Below are positions 44,282 through 54,928 of a stretch of DNA of 64,000 nt, piece by piece. The stretch is from positions 3,732,738-3,796,737 of the forward strand of contig CP070727.1 in NCBI GenBank assembly GCA_020350885.1, written 5' to 3'. Numbering within the stretch: the stretch's first letter is position 1; the number at the start of each line of letters is the position of its first letter. The notes beneath the pieces are model-generated. The model was not told the DNA's origin and made no database searches. It was given only the letters and a program-made list of their open reading frames with translations. Source of the stretch: a bacterium (lineage in GTDB: Bacteria; Krumholzibacteriota; Krumholzibacteriia; Krumholzibacteriales; Krumholzibacteriaceae). The translations under genes were made by a program, and so were the position numbers.

Positions 44282-46081
44282 CTACCGGTTCTGCGACTTC
44301 CTCGTCTTCGTTATCCTCGACTCACTTTCACGTGTCATTTGATCCCACAACATCCTGTATATCCCGCCCCGGTTCATGAGATCTTCATGGATACCTACCT
44401 CGGCGAACCGCCCCTCATACAGGACATAAATTGCATCCGCATCAATAATGGAAGTTAATCTGTGGGCCACGATGATTGTGGTTTTCTTCTCCATGAGTGG
44501 TTCCAGGGCCCTGTGAATAAATAATTCCGATTTCGTATCCAGTGAGGACATCGCCTCATCGAGAATCAGAATCTCCGGATCCTTCAGTATCGTTCTTGCT
44601 ATCGAGATCCTCTGACACTGGCCGCCCGAGAGCCGCAGGCCCCTTTCCCCCACTACGGTGTCGTAACCGTCGGGAAGGCTCGTTATGAAGCCATGGATAT
44701 CAGCCTTCCTGGCGGCCTCCAGGATCTCGTCCTTCGTGGCCCTCCTGTTACCATACATGATGTTCTCTCGTATCGTCGTATTGAACAGGATGGTTTCCTG
44801 TGATACCAGACCAATGTGCTGCCGCAGGGAATGCAGCTTGATCTCCCGCAGATCTGTGCCGTCAATTAGAACCCGACCCGATGTCGGATCGTGGAACCTG
44901 CTTATGAGATCGACGATCGTGCTCTTTCCAACGCCGCTCGGACCAACGACGGCGACCCTCTGCCCGGGATCGATATGCATGGAAACATCGATCAGAACAG
45001 GCTCGTCGGGGTTATAAGAGAAATGAACCTTTTCGAAATCGATTTCACCCCTCACCCTCTCGATTCTCCTGCTGCCGGGAATATCAACGATCATCGGCTG
45101 GACATCGAAGAACTCGAAGATCCTGTCGATCGCCGCACGTGCCGTCTGGATCGAAACATTGTACTGCGCAAGCCTGAAGATCGGCCTGAAGAGCCTGCCC
45201 ACGTATGCATAGAAGGCGACGAAGCTGCCCAGGGACAGGGCACCCGCCATGACCTGGCGGGCCCCGTATACAAGTACGATTACAGGACCGAGTGTGGATA
45301 GGAAGACGGCGATCGATGCCGACACCGCTCCCAGTACACCCAGGGTTATTCTCAGATTTATGAGTTCCTTGCTCTTTCGTAACAGACGTATCGCTTCGAA
45401 TCTCTCCTTGACGAAGGACTGGATGAGCTTGATGGACGAGAAGGTTTCCTGGAAAAAACTTACTATCTCTGCCGATTTATCGCGGGTCTCCCTGCTCTTC
45501 TTCTTTATCTTGCGCCCCAGGTAAAACTGGGTGATGAACAGGGCAGGGAAGATCACCATCGACAACAGAGCCAGCTTCCAGTTGAGGAACAGCATGATAA
45601 CAATGATGATGGCAATTGATGCGATATCGGTCACGAGGGCTATCAGTGTTGTGGTGAGAACATCCTGCACTCTCGATACATCGTTGTTGACCCGCGTAAT
45701 GATTTCACCTGTCTTGGTCTCGGTAAAAAATCCTATGTGAAGATGCTCCAGGTGCCTGAAAAGGTCGAATCTTATGTTGAAGAGGATCCTCTGACCTACA
45801 TACTGTATCAGGTAGTTTATGACCACCCTCATTCCACATCTCAGAAGAAAGAGCGCTATCAGGGCGATGACGATTACATTTAAAAGAGGTATGTTCCTGT
45901 CGATTATCACGTCGTCGATCACTATCTTCATTGCAAGCGGATCGAGCAGGGATAGCCCGGCGACGATCATCATCAGGAAGGCAATGCCCAGCTCCAAACC
46001 GAGAAACGGTTTGATGTACCTGATGATTCTCTTCGACGATTTCTTCGGAGCATTTTCTCTATCTGATTTCATACAAACCAC
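44282..46081 (-). CDS. ABC exporter, fused TMD-NBD (type I exporter, MsbA/peptide-exporter-like); no N-terminal C39 peptidase domain
   Basis: 599 aa; six TM helices then Walker A GPSGVGKST, Q-loop, signature LSGGQCQR, Walker B ILILDEAMSSLD, H-loop. Confidence 0.85.
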   Translation of the reverse strand: MVCMKSDRENAPKKSSKRIIRYIKPFLGLELGIAFLMMIVAGLSLLDPLAMKIVIDDVIIDRNIPLLNVIVIALIALFLLRCGMRVVINYLIQYVGQRILFNIRFDLFRHLEHLHIGFFTETKTGEIITRVNNDVSRVQDVLTTTLIALVTDIASIAIIIVIMLFLNWKLALLSMVIFPALFITQFYLGRKIKKKSRETRDKSAEIVSFFQETFSSIKLIQSFVKERFEAIRLLRKSKELINLRITLGVLGAVSASIAVFLSTLGPVIVLVYGARQVMAGALSLGSFVAFYAYVGRLFRPIFRLAQYNVSIQTARAAIDRIFEFFDVQPMIVDIPGSRRIERVRGEIDFEKVHFSYNPDEPVLIDVSMHIDPGQRVAVVGPSGVGKSTIVDLISRFHDPTSGRVLIDGTDLREIKLHSLRQHIGLVSQETILFNTTIRENIMYGNRRATKDEILEAARKADIHGFITSLPDGYDTVVGERGLRLSGGQCQRISIARTILKDPEILILDEAMSSLDTKSELFIHRALEPLMEKKTTIIVAHRLTSIIDADAIYVLYEGRFAEVGIHEDLMNRGGIYRMLWDQMTRESESRITKTRKSQNR

Positions 46082-46218
46082 CGCTTTATCTATTATATTT
46101 CTTTAATGCTATATATGTCAAGAAATTGGGGCGGCATTCGTTCATCCGCCACGAATGTTCCAGACGCACCCCGCCACCTCAATACGTACCGATCGAAACG
46201 GATCTGTCTCGAGGGCCG

Positions 46219-47520
46219 CTACGCGGCGTTTCCGATTGGTAGTGATTTGCTCATATCCAGTCGCTGAACCGACGCAACGAGCCTGTACAGTGTTATCTGA
46301 AGAAGCAAGCTGGCGCAGAGGAGCATACCGTACCTGCTGTACGTGATCCAGTGATCGAACCGGTTGAAGACGAACACACTCGATAATGCACATGAAACGA
46401 CCGTCGCAGCAGAGAGCAGAATAGACTGGAATCCGTGCGAGTGCCGGAACGAGTGTAGTTGCTTCAAGAGCACGGCCTGGCAGAACGGGAGGAAGACGAA
46501 GTAATGCGGCCACGACGTCTGCAGGATGAACGGCAGGGCAAGAAAGAGCGTCACAGCGGACAGCGCCTCCTTGTCCCGTACCGACGACTTCTGGATCAAC
46601 CACAGCAACGCGAGATTCGCGCAGGCGACCGCATAACCGAGCAGTTTCAGCACAACGGCCGCTGTCCCCGTTGCTCCCGAGGACATGAATCTGAGAGCAA
46701 CGTGGGCGAAATACTGTGAATTCGGATTCTGTGCGATCAACGAAGAATCCGGTATCGCCGCGAAGGATTCCCTGTGAAACGTGAGCCACTGATACGGTCC
46801 CATGACCAACGCCGGAGAGACAAAGAAGAGGATCAAAAGAGCAACGAGGAATGAAGACAACACTCGGAGATCACGCCGGAAGACGTAATACAGGATGAAT
46901 ATCCCGGGATAGTACTTGATCGATGTACCGAGGGCGAGCAGGAATCCTGCGAGGACGCGCCGGTCGCGCCTGTATGCATGAAATGAAGCGATGATGCAGA
47001 GGGTCACGAGTACACTCACCTGTCCCCACTTGAAGTTATGGAGCAGGGGGAGGGATGTAACGAATAGAAACACGTAGAGGGTGGTGCCGCGCCAGGAAAG
47101 ACGCAGCAGGTCCTTGAGCGGGACGATGCAGAGAAGTACCCCAAGCACGATCTGTAGGGCTCCCCAGAACCAGGTCGCCGCCGGGAGGGGTGCCGAACCG
47201 AATGGGACGAGGAGAAGTGAGAAGAAGGCGGAGTAGAGGTATCCGCCGACCGGCCTGGCGGATGAGAGGACGATTCTCCCCATCGTGTGAAAGTGCCTGA
47301 CGAAATCGCAGAATAGCGTGTCGCAATGATCGATTGCCGAGACGAATCCGGAGACACTTTTCCATTCTACCCGGTAATACACCGCTACGAGCGCGAGTGC
47401 CAGGGACACAGCAACCAGAGTCGCTTTACACTCCCAACGGGTACCGGCATTCGTAACCAACAACGATCGTCTCCACCGTTCGCCCGGATCGAGGCGATGA
47501 CCATATCGCTTTCTGCACAT
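46219..47520 (-). CDS. Polytopic membrane protein, possible GT-C-like (DUF2029/GT87-like) glycosyltransferase
   Basis: 433 aa, >10 hydrophobic helices, conserved-looking loop motifs; N-terminal extent uncertain. Confidence 0.35.
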   Translation of the reverse strand: MCRKRYGHRLDPGERWRRSLLVTNAGTRWECKATLVAVSLALALVAVYYRVEWKSVSGFVSAIDHCDTLFCDFVRHFHTMGRIVLSSARPVGGYLYSAFFSLLLVPFGSAPLPAATWFWGALQIVLGVLLCIVPLKDLLRLSWRGTTLYVFLFVTSLPLLHNFKWGQVSVLVTLCIIASFHAYRRDRRVLAGFLLALGTSIKYYPGIFILYYVFRRDLRVLSSFLVALLILFFVSPALVMGPYQWLTFHRESFAAIPDSSLIAQNPNSQYFAHVALRFMSSGATGTAAVVLKLLGYAVACANLALLWLIQKSSVRDKEALSAVTLFLALPFILQTSWPHYFVFLPFCQAVLLKQLHSFRHSHGFQSILLSAATVVSCALSSVFVFNRFDHWITYSRYGMLLCASLLLQITLYRLVASVQRLDMSKSLPIGNAA

Positions 47521-47628
47521 GGTAGCACCCCGACAATTCTATTGACAATCGATAACCATAATCTACAATGGATCATACAATTAGAGTGGCATAATCCTGC
47601 CCTACGACCTTTGAGCAAGGAGGTTTTG

Positions 47629-48789
47629 ATGCCGCAACCAATTGATTATGACGAAGATCGTATCAAACGATTGATACAGGAAAAGCAGGCAAACGAGATC
47701 GAGCTGGCCTGGGATCTTCTGGAGGTCTTCAACACCAACGAACCACTAGTCGGTCCGCTGAGACAGCTCGTCAGCTTTGCGGTGGATGAGCTGGAGGAGA
47801 TGAAGAGGGAGAGTCATATCGGACATCAGATCGTCAAGGCGGCCTGGAACAAGGAGGTCGGGGGTCCCAAGAACAAGACATTGATAAATTACGGGAATCT
47901 CATAAAGATACGGAACAACGTACCGGCTCTCAAGGCCGAGGAGTGCAACGACATTATCCGCTACTACGGCGAAGTCGTCGAGATGGCGGCAGAGAAATAC
48001 AGGGCACAAAAGAAAGCAGCAAAGTATGTACCCCCCACAGGCACGCTGAGGAAATACGACGTGCTGGATACAGAGAAGGGTACATTCCGCAGGGGAGGTG
48101 ACCCCGTCTGGAAGGTCGGACGACAGCGCGATAAGAAGCCTCCGACTGCCCCGGTGGAACATCCGTACAGCGCTCCATATGATTTCATATACAGCCAGAA
48201 AGGCGGCATAGCGAATATCACACTCAGAGACACCAGCACGGTTCTCAGGATCGACAGGGTATTCGGGTTGGCGCTGGCCGGCGATATCTCCGGCACGACG
48301 ACCGATGCACTGTTCTTTATCAACCGCTACGCAAACCTGTTCCGCGCCCAATTCAATCAGTATCCTCTTTTTGCAGGGGCGCTCGATGATCCCATCTACC
48401 AGTTACTTCCTCTTGCGACACTCGTGGCTGGCGGGCACCATTCGCTGGTCGAGTCGGCTCTGTCCCTCACGATCAACAGGCATCTCACCGGTGTGAACTA
48501 CAAGATCGGTTTGTACACCTCGCTGCTTCCCGACAACACGAATCACCCAACGCGGGGTGAGATATGGAATAAGCTGCACCTGGCCGAAACGAATATGCGC
48601 AACCGCCTCATGCTCATCTACTACAAGAGGCCGACCCGGATCGGGGGATGTTTCCTCTTCGCCAAGAAGGGAATTGAGAAACACCAATTCGAGCAGCTGG
48701 CGACGGCGAATCTACACCTGTTGCATACCTTCATGCAGTGTCATTTGTGGCCCACGGAGGAGTATGTCCGGCGCCTCTTCGAGGCATAG
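47629..48789 (+). CDS. Hypothetical soluble protein (386 aa) adjacent and convergent to the T6SS PAAR-like gene; possible effector/cargo or immunity candidate
   Basis: Start MPQPIDYDEDRIK with AAGGAGG RBS (ORF track starts 47326); no recognisable motif. Confidence 0.45.
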   Translation: MPQPIDYDEDRIKRLIQEKQANEIELAWDLLEVFNTNEPLVGPLRQLVSFAVDELEEMKRESHIGHQIVKAAWNKEVGGPKNKTLINYGNLIKIRNNVPALKAEECNDIIRYYGEVVEMAAEKYRAQKKAAKYVPPTGTLRKYDVLDTEKGTFRRGGDPVWKVGRQRDKKPPTAPVEHPYSAPYDFIYSQKGGIANITLRDTSTVLRIDRVFGLALAGDISGTTTDALFFINRYANLFRAQFNQYPLFAGALDDPIYQLLPLATLVAGGHHSLVESALSLTINRHLTGVNYKIGLYTSLLPDNTNHPTRGEIWNKLHLAETNMRNRLMLIYYKRPTRIGGCFLFAKKGIEKHQFEQLATANLHLLHTFMQCHLWPTEEYVRRLFEA

Positions 48790-48806
48790 GGAAACCGGGC
48801 CGTCTG

Positions 48807-49166
48807 CTACTTCGTTTCCTCGATTACATTGCTGGGATTGGTGATACTGATCATCCCGCCGATTCCACACACCAATTTACTCGTATCCGTAAGGACCGGC
48901 AGGTTGTTGATCTTCTGAACGATCGACCCGGGCATCCATGTACCGGCGGGCGCCATGGCGCACGGTGTGGGCGTACCCATGGCCGATGCGGTTAATATCT
49001 GACACGTGCCGAAGGGTGGCAGGTTCGACCCGGTCACGCAGTCCTGGATCGTTGCGACCAGCATGCCGCCTATCTTGACGATCTGCTGGCTCGTCACAGA
49101 CAGCGTGGACGGGGCACTGCCCATGGGACAACTACACATCGCTCCCTGACAGACCGCCTTCGGCAT
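48807..49166 (-). CDS. DUF4280 PAAR-like spike-tip protein
   Basis: 119 aa MPKAVCQGAMCSCPMGSAPSTLSV...PFGTCQ...PCAMAPAGTWMPGS...KLVCGIGGMISI: Cys/Gly/Pro pattern of DUF4280 PAAR-like proteins; last gene of contractile-system operon. Confidence 0.6.
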   Translation of the reverse strand: MPKAVCQGAMCSCPMGSAPSTLSVTSQQIVKIGGMLVATIQDCVTGSNLPPFGTCQILTASAMGTPTPCAMAPAGTWMPGSIVQKINNLPVLTDTSKLVCGIGGMISITNPSNVIEETK

Positions 49167-49224
49167 TATGGATCCTTCTCTGCTATCGTAATTCTCCGTG
49201 TGCCGCCCGTCGCAGGCGACACCG

Positions 49225-49911
49225 TCACGAATCCTTCTTCCTGACCTTCCCCAGTGCCGTATTCAATCCGACGACCGGCAATTCCACACCGGTTGTACCT
49301 TTCTCTTCATCCTTACGGATCAATTGCATCGTATAATCACTCTCGCTGACACGGAAACGAAGGACGTAATCCAGATTCAACGGGACGGCACGCTCGAGTG
49401 AGCTCATGATGCAATCGACGACATCCGGGCGCTGCCTCAATACGGTCGCCTGTGCCATCTTCAGCTCGACATCGATGGTCAGGGTCCACACGGTCTCGGC
49501 CGGGCTCGAGCCCAGAGCGATTTCCTGGCCGATGGGTGCACTGCCAAGGGCAAAACCGGAACCGCTCGATTCAACGAGCGGCCTGCTCCCGATACGCCTG
49601 CATTCGAGACCTATCGTCACAGGCGCCCGCCCTACCTCCTCGGCCTCCTCCCTGCTCGTGGCGAGCAGTATCGAGAATCCGAGACAAACCACCGTCTGCA
49701 CGAGTTTGCGCAGGCTGTCCTGATCGTTGCTGGATGAGAGAATGTAGGCGCGCACATGACGCCACACGCGGTATTCATAGTAGGTCCGCAGCAATGCAGT
49801 CACATCATTGTCCTCGACCGTCTCATCCCGTGGTGTCGAGGAGACGAAGCGGCTCTCCACCCTGCCCCGGATGTAACTATCCCGTTCGATGGACAGTGCT
49901 CCGGTAGACAT
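49225..49911 (-). CDS. Hypothetical T6SS-associated protein (possibly baseplate TssG/TssE-like)
   Basis: 228 aa, operon position between VgrG-downstream gene and PAAR-like gene; no clear motif. Confidence 0.3.
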   Translation of the reverse strand: MSTGALSIERDSYIRGRVESRFVSSTPRDETVEDNDVTALLRTYYEYRVWRHVRAYILSSSNDQDSLRKLVQTVVCLGFSILLATSREEAEEVGRAPVTIGLECRRIGSRPLVESSGSGFALGSAPIGQEIALGSSPAETVWTLTIDVELKMAQATVLRQRPDVVDCIMSSLERAVPLNLDYVLRFRVSESDYTMQLIRKDEEKGTTGVELPVVGLNTALGKVRKKDS

Positions 49912-49915
49912 CCCC

Positions 49916-51430
49916 TTACCTCACTTCCATGATGATACGGCTTCCGATCGGGGCACGGTCGTTCAGGTAACCTTGAATCATAGCAATGTCCCTTATGTCA
50001 AGCGGCTTGCCTCCCCTGTTCCTCACATAGACGACCGTGACCCGCTGCCGGGCGCCATCGATGACCCGGAGCTCCGTAACAGGATCGTGGATATCGACGT
50101 CCCGGTATCCGAGCCCGGTGATGAGTTCCTCGATCGTCGACAACAGCGTGTCCCGGTACAGGAGCTTTTGAGGTGGAATGGCATGGCCGAGTATCAAACG
50201 ATTGTACCAGTCCGATTCGTCCGATCTCTCACAATCGCCGCCCCCGAAGCAGGGCATGATCGTGAAAGCCGACTGCATCAGTGTCGAGGCCTTGTGAAGC
50301 GGCTGGAAGATATCCGTCTCGTTGTATGTGTAGTTGTATCCCGACAACGCGTTCCCATGCGTCATCCACATGAAGAACTGTTTCTTCTTCTCGGTGTCCT
50401 TCTCTCCGGGAAGGCTGTAGTGATTCAGCACCGAACCCGATGGATCTATCTGAACGGAGAAGACCGGGCTGCCCGCATCCACCGGGCCGAGGAACTCCTT
50501 TTTCCCCGCCTTCCGGAAGGGGAATATTCCTGCCGCTCCGAGCGGTTTCATCCCCGAGCTACGCACAAAATCGGCAAATGTCTCGTTCGGTTCCCATGCC
50601 TTGAGATCGACGTTCATGATAGGCAGGACGTTTGCGAAGATCGATATCCCGGAAAGCAGGGGCTCCCCTACGCCAGCCTCGTGATAGAGCCTCCTGAGGG
50701 ACTCCTCACGGAGACGAAAATGCAACTCAAGCGAATCCATATCGAGATCCACCGTCTGCCCGTCGAAGGATTCGACCTGGGGACCGAACTCCAGCCGGAA
50801 CACGAAGGGTGAAAGAAGCTGATATGCATAGTTCAACGGGAAGCAGAGACTCTCCGCCGCTCGCTCGGGCACCCATGACGAGAGCGCCCACTTGGGCTCG
50901 AGATCGAGGGAACGATCCCGCAGGCGCAGCTCCACGGTGATTTCCCGGCCCGTCCTCTCCATGGCCCGGCTGATCGCAATAAGCTCTTCAGGCGTCCACT
51001 GTCGCTGCTCCCTCTTGTAATCCCAGGGAAGCACGGCAAAATGGATACTGACCTTTTCCCACCGGTCGTTCGGCTTGAGCTCTACCGTCTTTTCGAACTT
51101 GGATATCTCTTTACCTTGTTCCACGTCGATGAGCGGGATCGTTACATCCACAATGGGCGTGAAGAACGCTATCTCGTAGGGGGTTTCGGAAGCCGATTCC
51201 GCATCCGTTTTCAGAGAGATGAGATCGCCGGGGCGCCACCGCTCCGCCCCCTGCTTCATCCTCGTGATCCACGATTCGCTCGAAAGAATCGAGACCGCAG
51301 GCAGGGCCGTGAATCCCGGAATGAAGAGTCCCGTCGTATCCTGAAAGAAATCACCGATGATCTTGCTTTCGGTGAAGCTTTTGATCTCGGCGAGCAGTTG
51401 TTCGAGATGATCATCCTTTTTCGCTGGCAT
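49916..51430 (-). CDS. Hypothetical T6SS-associated protein (possibly baseplate TssF-like)
   Basis: 504 aa, operon position immediately after VgrG-like gene; size compatible with TssF; assignment tentative. Confidence 0.3.
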   Translation of the reverse strand: MPAKKDDHLEQLLAEIKSFTESKIIGDFFQDTTGLFIPGFTALPAVSILSSESWITRMKQGAERWRPGDLISLKTDAESASETPYEIAFFTPIVDVTIPLIDVEQGKEISKFEKTVELKPNDRWEKVSIHFAVLPWDYKREQRQWTPEELIAISRAMERTGREITVELRLRDRSLDLEPKWALSSWVPERAAESLCFPLNYAYQLLSPFVFRLEFGPQVESFDGQTVDLDMDSLELHFRLREESLRRLYHEAGVGEPLLSGISIFANVLPIMNVDLKAWEPNETFADFVRSSGMKPLGAAGIFPFRKAGKKEFLGPVDAGSPVFSVQIDPSGSVLNHYSLPGEKDTEKKKQFFMWMTHGNALSGYNYTYNETDIFQPLHKASTLMQSAFTIMPCFGGGDCERSDESDWYNRLILGHAIPPQKLLYRDTLLSTIEELITGLGYRDVDIHDPVTELRVIDGARQRVTVVYVRNRGGKPLDIRDIAMIQGYLNDRAPIGSRIIMEVR

Positions 51431-51446
51431 ATGCTACACCTGCCGA

Positions 51447-52955
51447 TCAGCCAACATCCAACTTCATGGTCTTGAGCTTTATACCCGTCGGTGCATCGAG
51501 TGTGATCGATCCCGTTGCCGAGAGCTCGATGTCACTGGAATCCATCTTGACCGTCGAGCCGGCTGCATCGATCTCGATGAGCTTTTGCTCCATCCGGATC
51601 TCGACGTCCTTGTTCTGCATCGTGATCTTGTCCTTGCTGATATGGATCGTCTGGCCGTCGACCGTCTGCAATACGAGATTCGCCTTGGGCTCGCCGACCT
51701 TATCCCCGGCCGTTACACAGCCCAGCACCAGCGGATCCATGTCGTTCTGCCCCCAGACGACCAGCACCGTGTCACCCTGCCGCGGCGGTATGAAGTGCAT
51801 ATGCTCCTTCCCCCAAGAGGGGGCTGCGATTCTCAGCCAGGGTGTCACCTTCTGGTTGCCGTCCCACGGGAACATCACACGGACACGGTTGAGATCGTCG
51901 TTCGTCTCTTCCACAACGGCCGTTGAGGTTATCAATGATCTCTGATGCTTGATCTCATCGGATAGGACACCTTCGGGATTCACCGCCTCGAAACGCCAGA
52001 TCACCTCATTGGTGCTATAGTCACCGGCACACTGGACAGTGCGGATAATCCCGGTTTCTGCGCCCGCCCCGGCACCGGCGCCCTGCACCGTGACTTTGGC
52101 CCCGAGCTCGACGGGCGACAGCACGCGCCCCTCGATCATGAACCGGCCGGCCGCCTGCGATCGCAGAAAGCGGTTTGCGGAATGTTTCGTGTCGTCGTAG
52201 CTCGTATCCTCGTGGACGACATGGAGGAGCCTCTTTGCCTTTGCCTTCTTCCGAAGGTCGATGGAGGCATCCTGGATCGAGCCAAAACTCCCACCCTTGA
52301 GCTCGTACTCAGAGGTCTTTGGTTTGTTCTTCACGTACGGGATGGATGTGAGCTCGATCTGCTCAGCCCCCAGTCGCGTATGAATGAGAAACTCCTGGAT
52401 GTCCTTATCGAGCTTGAGCGATTTGGACTGGGGCGTCGGCCCCACGCCGATATAGACCTTGTCCCGGGCACACCAGATCTGTCCCCCGAACTCCGACAGG
52501 AGCCTCTTGATGAACCGAAGTGCCGACTCCTGGTACTGAATGGCGAGCTTTACCTTGATGCCGTCGTAGCCGCCCAGGTATTCGACGCTCACCCCCGACG
52601 GGGTCACACTGGAGACGATATCCTTGATCGTCTGGTCGGCGAAGACGTTGGAGTCGATCGTTCCATCGAACTTCAACAGCTCGTCGCGCACCGTGAGCCG
52701 AAAATCCCCCGAAGAGGAGTCATACGTTATGGAATCCACGGTGCCGGCAAAACGCCAATCGCCGACCGAACAGGTCACCTCCTCGCCGAGGGCTCCCTGA
52801 ACGGAGGCGTAGGCGTCAAGATGAGGTTCACTCGTGGTCTGGCGGGAGTGCAAGTTTAAATGAAGCCATCCGATTTCGCCGAGTGCCTGAAAAGCGTCGA
52901 AACCGGTTACGGTGTGCTTACTCAAAAATTTCGGTTTGCCCTCGAAGGTGAGCAT
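51447..52955 (-). CDS. vgrG: VgrG-like spike protein (gp27/gp5 fusion)
   Basis: 502 aa; central RQGDTVLVVWGQNDMDPLVLGCV matching VgrG/gp5 OB-fold motif (GQEVxVxFxxGDPDRPxIxG); C-terminal beta-helix-like repeats (IHISKDKITMQNKDVEIRMEQKLIEID...). Confidence 0.7.
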   Translation of the reverse strand: MLTFEGKPKFLSKHTVTGFDAFQALGEIGWLHLNLHSRQTTSEPHLDAYASVQGALGEEVTCSVGDWRFAGTVDSITYDSSSGDFRLTVRDELLKFDGTIDSNVFADQTIKDIVSSVTPSGVSVEYLGGYDGIKVKLAIQYQESALRFIKRLLSEFGGQIWCARDKVYIGVGPTPQSKSLKLDKDIQEFLIHTRLGAEQIELTSIPYVKNKPKTSEYELKGGSFGSIQDASIDLRKKAKAKRLLHVVHEDTSYDDTKHSANRFLRSQAAGRFMIEGRVLSPVELGAKVTVQGAGAGAGAETGIIRTVQCAGDYSTNEVIWRFEAVNPEGVLSDEIKHQRSLITSTAVVEETNDDLNRVRVMFPWDGNQKVTPWLRIAAPSWGKEHMHFIPPRQGDTVLVVWGQNDMDPLVLGCVTAGDKVGEPKANLVLQTVDGQTIHISKDKITMQNKDVEIRMEQKLIEIDAAGSTVKMDSSDIELSATGSITLDAPTGIKLKTMKLDVG

Positions 52956-53011
52956 ACGAATACACCTCCACCTCTTGTGCCACCGGGCTCACATTGTGAC
53001 GTTTCGGATGT

Positions 53012-53434
53012 CTATTCTGCGAACAACTTCTCTCGAGCGTCGTGTTTGAAGTTCTCCCCCGAGATCGTGACCTCGGTCGCAATGAAGTTGACATTAAAGT
53101 TGAAGTTGTCATCGTGCTCGGAAACGCTCGTGGCGATATCTGAAAACCAGGCCTTCGAGAAGGTAATGGTCTGAATTGCCTGGCCCTCCTTCTTGTCGTC
53201 ATGCCCCTTGAACACCGATATCTGCCCCTTGCCCTTCGCCTTGGCATTGGCATGCTGGGTCCTCGCAAAGTTGAAGAAATCCTTTGCGGGTGACGCCTTC
53301 GGGGGTATCTCCAGGGCTACGTTGATCGATCCCGGGATGCAATCGGCGAGCTGGTGGGCACCTGCGCTCTGTAGCGAAACGCTGAAGGCGTTTACCTTGT
53401 AAGTCTTGTTGTTCCATTTGAATTCGATGACCAC
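53012..53434 (-). CDS. hcp: Hcp/tail-tube-like protein
   Basis: 140 aa, size and position (between sheath-like and VgrG-like genes), beta-rich composition. Confidence 0.5.
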   Translation of the reverse strand: MVIEFKWNNKTYKVNAFSVSLQSAGAHQLADCIPGSINVALEIPPKASPAKDFFNFARTQHANAKAKGKGQISVFKGHDDKKEGQAIQTITFSKAWFSDIATSVSEHDDNFNFNVNFIATEVTISGENFKHDAREKLFAE

Positions 53435-53509
53435 GATTCAACCTCCTTTATAAACGATTAACGGTTACAATCGCTCCTGCGGTACGGACCGATACGAGCA
53501 GCCCACTCG

Positions 53510-54928
53510 CTAGGCTTCCTCGGCCCCCTCTCCTTCCTCGCGGCTTTCCGCATCTATCTCGAAACTCTCGGCCGTGGCCGACCAGTTGACCTGGACCTTG
53601 ATCTTGAACCGGCCCAATTCATCCTTCTCGCACGTCGGGACCTTCCACCCCAGGATCTGCTTCTTGTCCATCATGTCCTGGAGATAGCGTTCCACCTGCT
53701 TCTTGATCACCGTCGGATCTTCCTGGCCGCCCACGTACCGCTCGAGCTGCGTGACGAGGAAGAAGTAGATACGGTTCTTTGTCACACGCGCCTGGGACTG
53801 TATGAGCGGGACGGCCTGATTGCCCAGGGAATCCACATCGACGGCATCCTCGGGAAAGACGGTCGATCCGCCGTAGATGCGCACACCGGGCTCCTTGGCG
53901 TCCTGCTCCTTGGTCGTCGTGAAGGCGTAGTTGAACTGCTGCTCGACCGCTTTGCGCCACGTATCGAGCTTGTCGACCGTATTCACCGTACCCATATCGG
54001 ACGGTTTGAGCTTCGGGTGAATGATCGGATTGAACCACATCCCCTTCTTCTCTCTCTGGAAATACCGGGTCATCTGGGCGGCGAAGGCGGTGTTGAGCCC
54101 GACCGTGAGCGGCTCCGTCTCGTGGTACTCCTTGTACGCATCCCGGACCACCAGATCGTTGGCCACGATCGAGGCGCGTGAGAGAAGCTCCTGCTCCTCG
54201 TCGTTCACGGAGGTGATGTCGAACTTCCACTCCTTGGTGATCTTACCGAAGGAGTCCTTGGTGTTGCCGAGAGACAGGCTGCCCATGATGTGCATGTGAT
54301 ACCTATCGGCGAGGCGCAGGTACGGAACGAGCGACATCGTCTCTCCCTCGATCTTCTCGAACGGTAGAAACATGAAGCTACGGTACTGGCCGCGCCCGAT
54401 GTGGAAATTCGTCGACTTCAGCTCGTGATCCAGGGCCTTCTGGAACGCCGGCTTTATGAGGTAGTTCGGGCAGAGGAGCACCGTTGTCTGACCCTTGGGA
54501 AGGGCCGCCCCACCGGCATGAACCGAGTTCGACTTCCACATGACGAGCTGGTTGGCGAGTATCTCGCGGGGACGGAGCCTCTGGAGCATCTGCCCGACAC
54601 CGAGGTTGATCGCGCTCGAGAGCGCCTTCTGCGACTCGCGGAGCTTCGTGAGCTCCACGTTCTGCTGCTTCTCGGGATCGAGTGAATCGGCGATGAGGTT
54701 CAGCACCTCCGCCATGATGAGCTTCTTGCGGTAGGTGAAGTTGGGACTCACCTTGAGGTCTTTGTTGGTCGCCCACTTCGCATTGAGAATATCGAGCTCG
54801 GTATTCTGCTTGGTCTTCGCGTTGAGGACCGCATCCGCCTGTGCCGCCACCTCGGCCTCGAGGGGCTCGACCTTCTGTAGCTGCTCGATCGGACGTCTTC
54901 CTGCTTCGTTCATCTCGGGAGTCATCAC
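53510..54928 (-). CDS. tssC: Contractile sheath large subunit (TssC-like / phage tail sheath-like)
   Basis: 472 aa; position immediately upstream of tube gene and downstream of a small TssB-sized gene with 4-nt overlap; size typical of T6SS-iii TssC; acidic C-terminus. Confidence 0.5.
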   Translation of the reverse strand: MMTPEMNEAGRRPIEQLQKVEPLEAEVAAQADAVLNAKTKQNTELDILNAKWATNKDLKVSPNFTYRKKLIMAEVLNLIADSLDPEKQQNVELTKLRESQKALSSAINLGVGQMLQRLRPREILANQLVMWKSNSVHAGGAALPKGQTTVLLCPNYLIKPAFQKALDHELKSTNFHIGRGQYRSFMFLPFEKIEGETMSLVPYLRLADRYHMHIMGSLSLGNTKDSFGKITKEWKFDITSVNDEEQELLSRASIVANDLVVRDAYKEYHETEPLTVGLNTAFAAQMTRYFQREKKGMWFNPIIHPKLKPSDMGTVNTVDKLDTWRKAVEQQFNYAFTTTKEQDAKEPGVRIYGGSTVFPEDAVDVDSLGNQAVPLIQSQARVTKNRIYFFLVTQLERYVGGQEDPTVIKKQVERYLQDMMDKKQILGWKVPTCEKDELGRFKIKVQVNWSATAESFEIDAESREEGEGAEEA

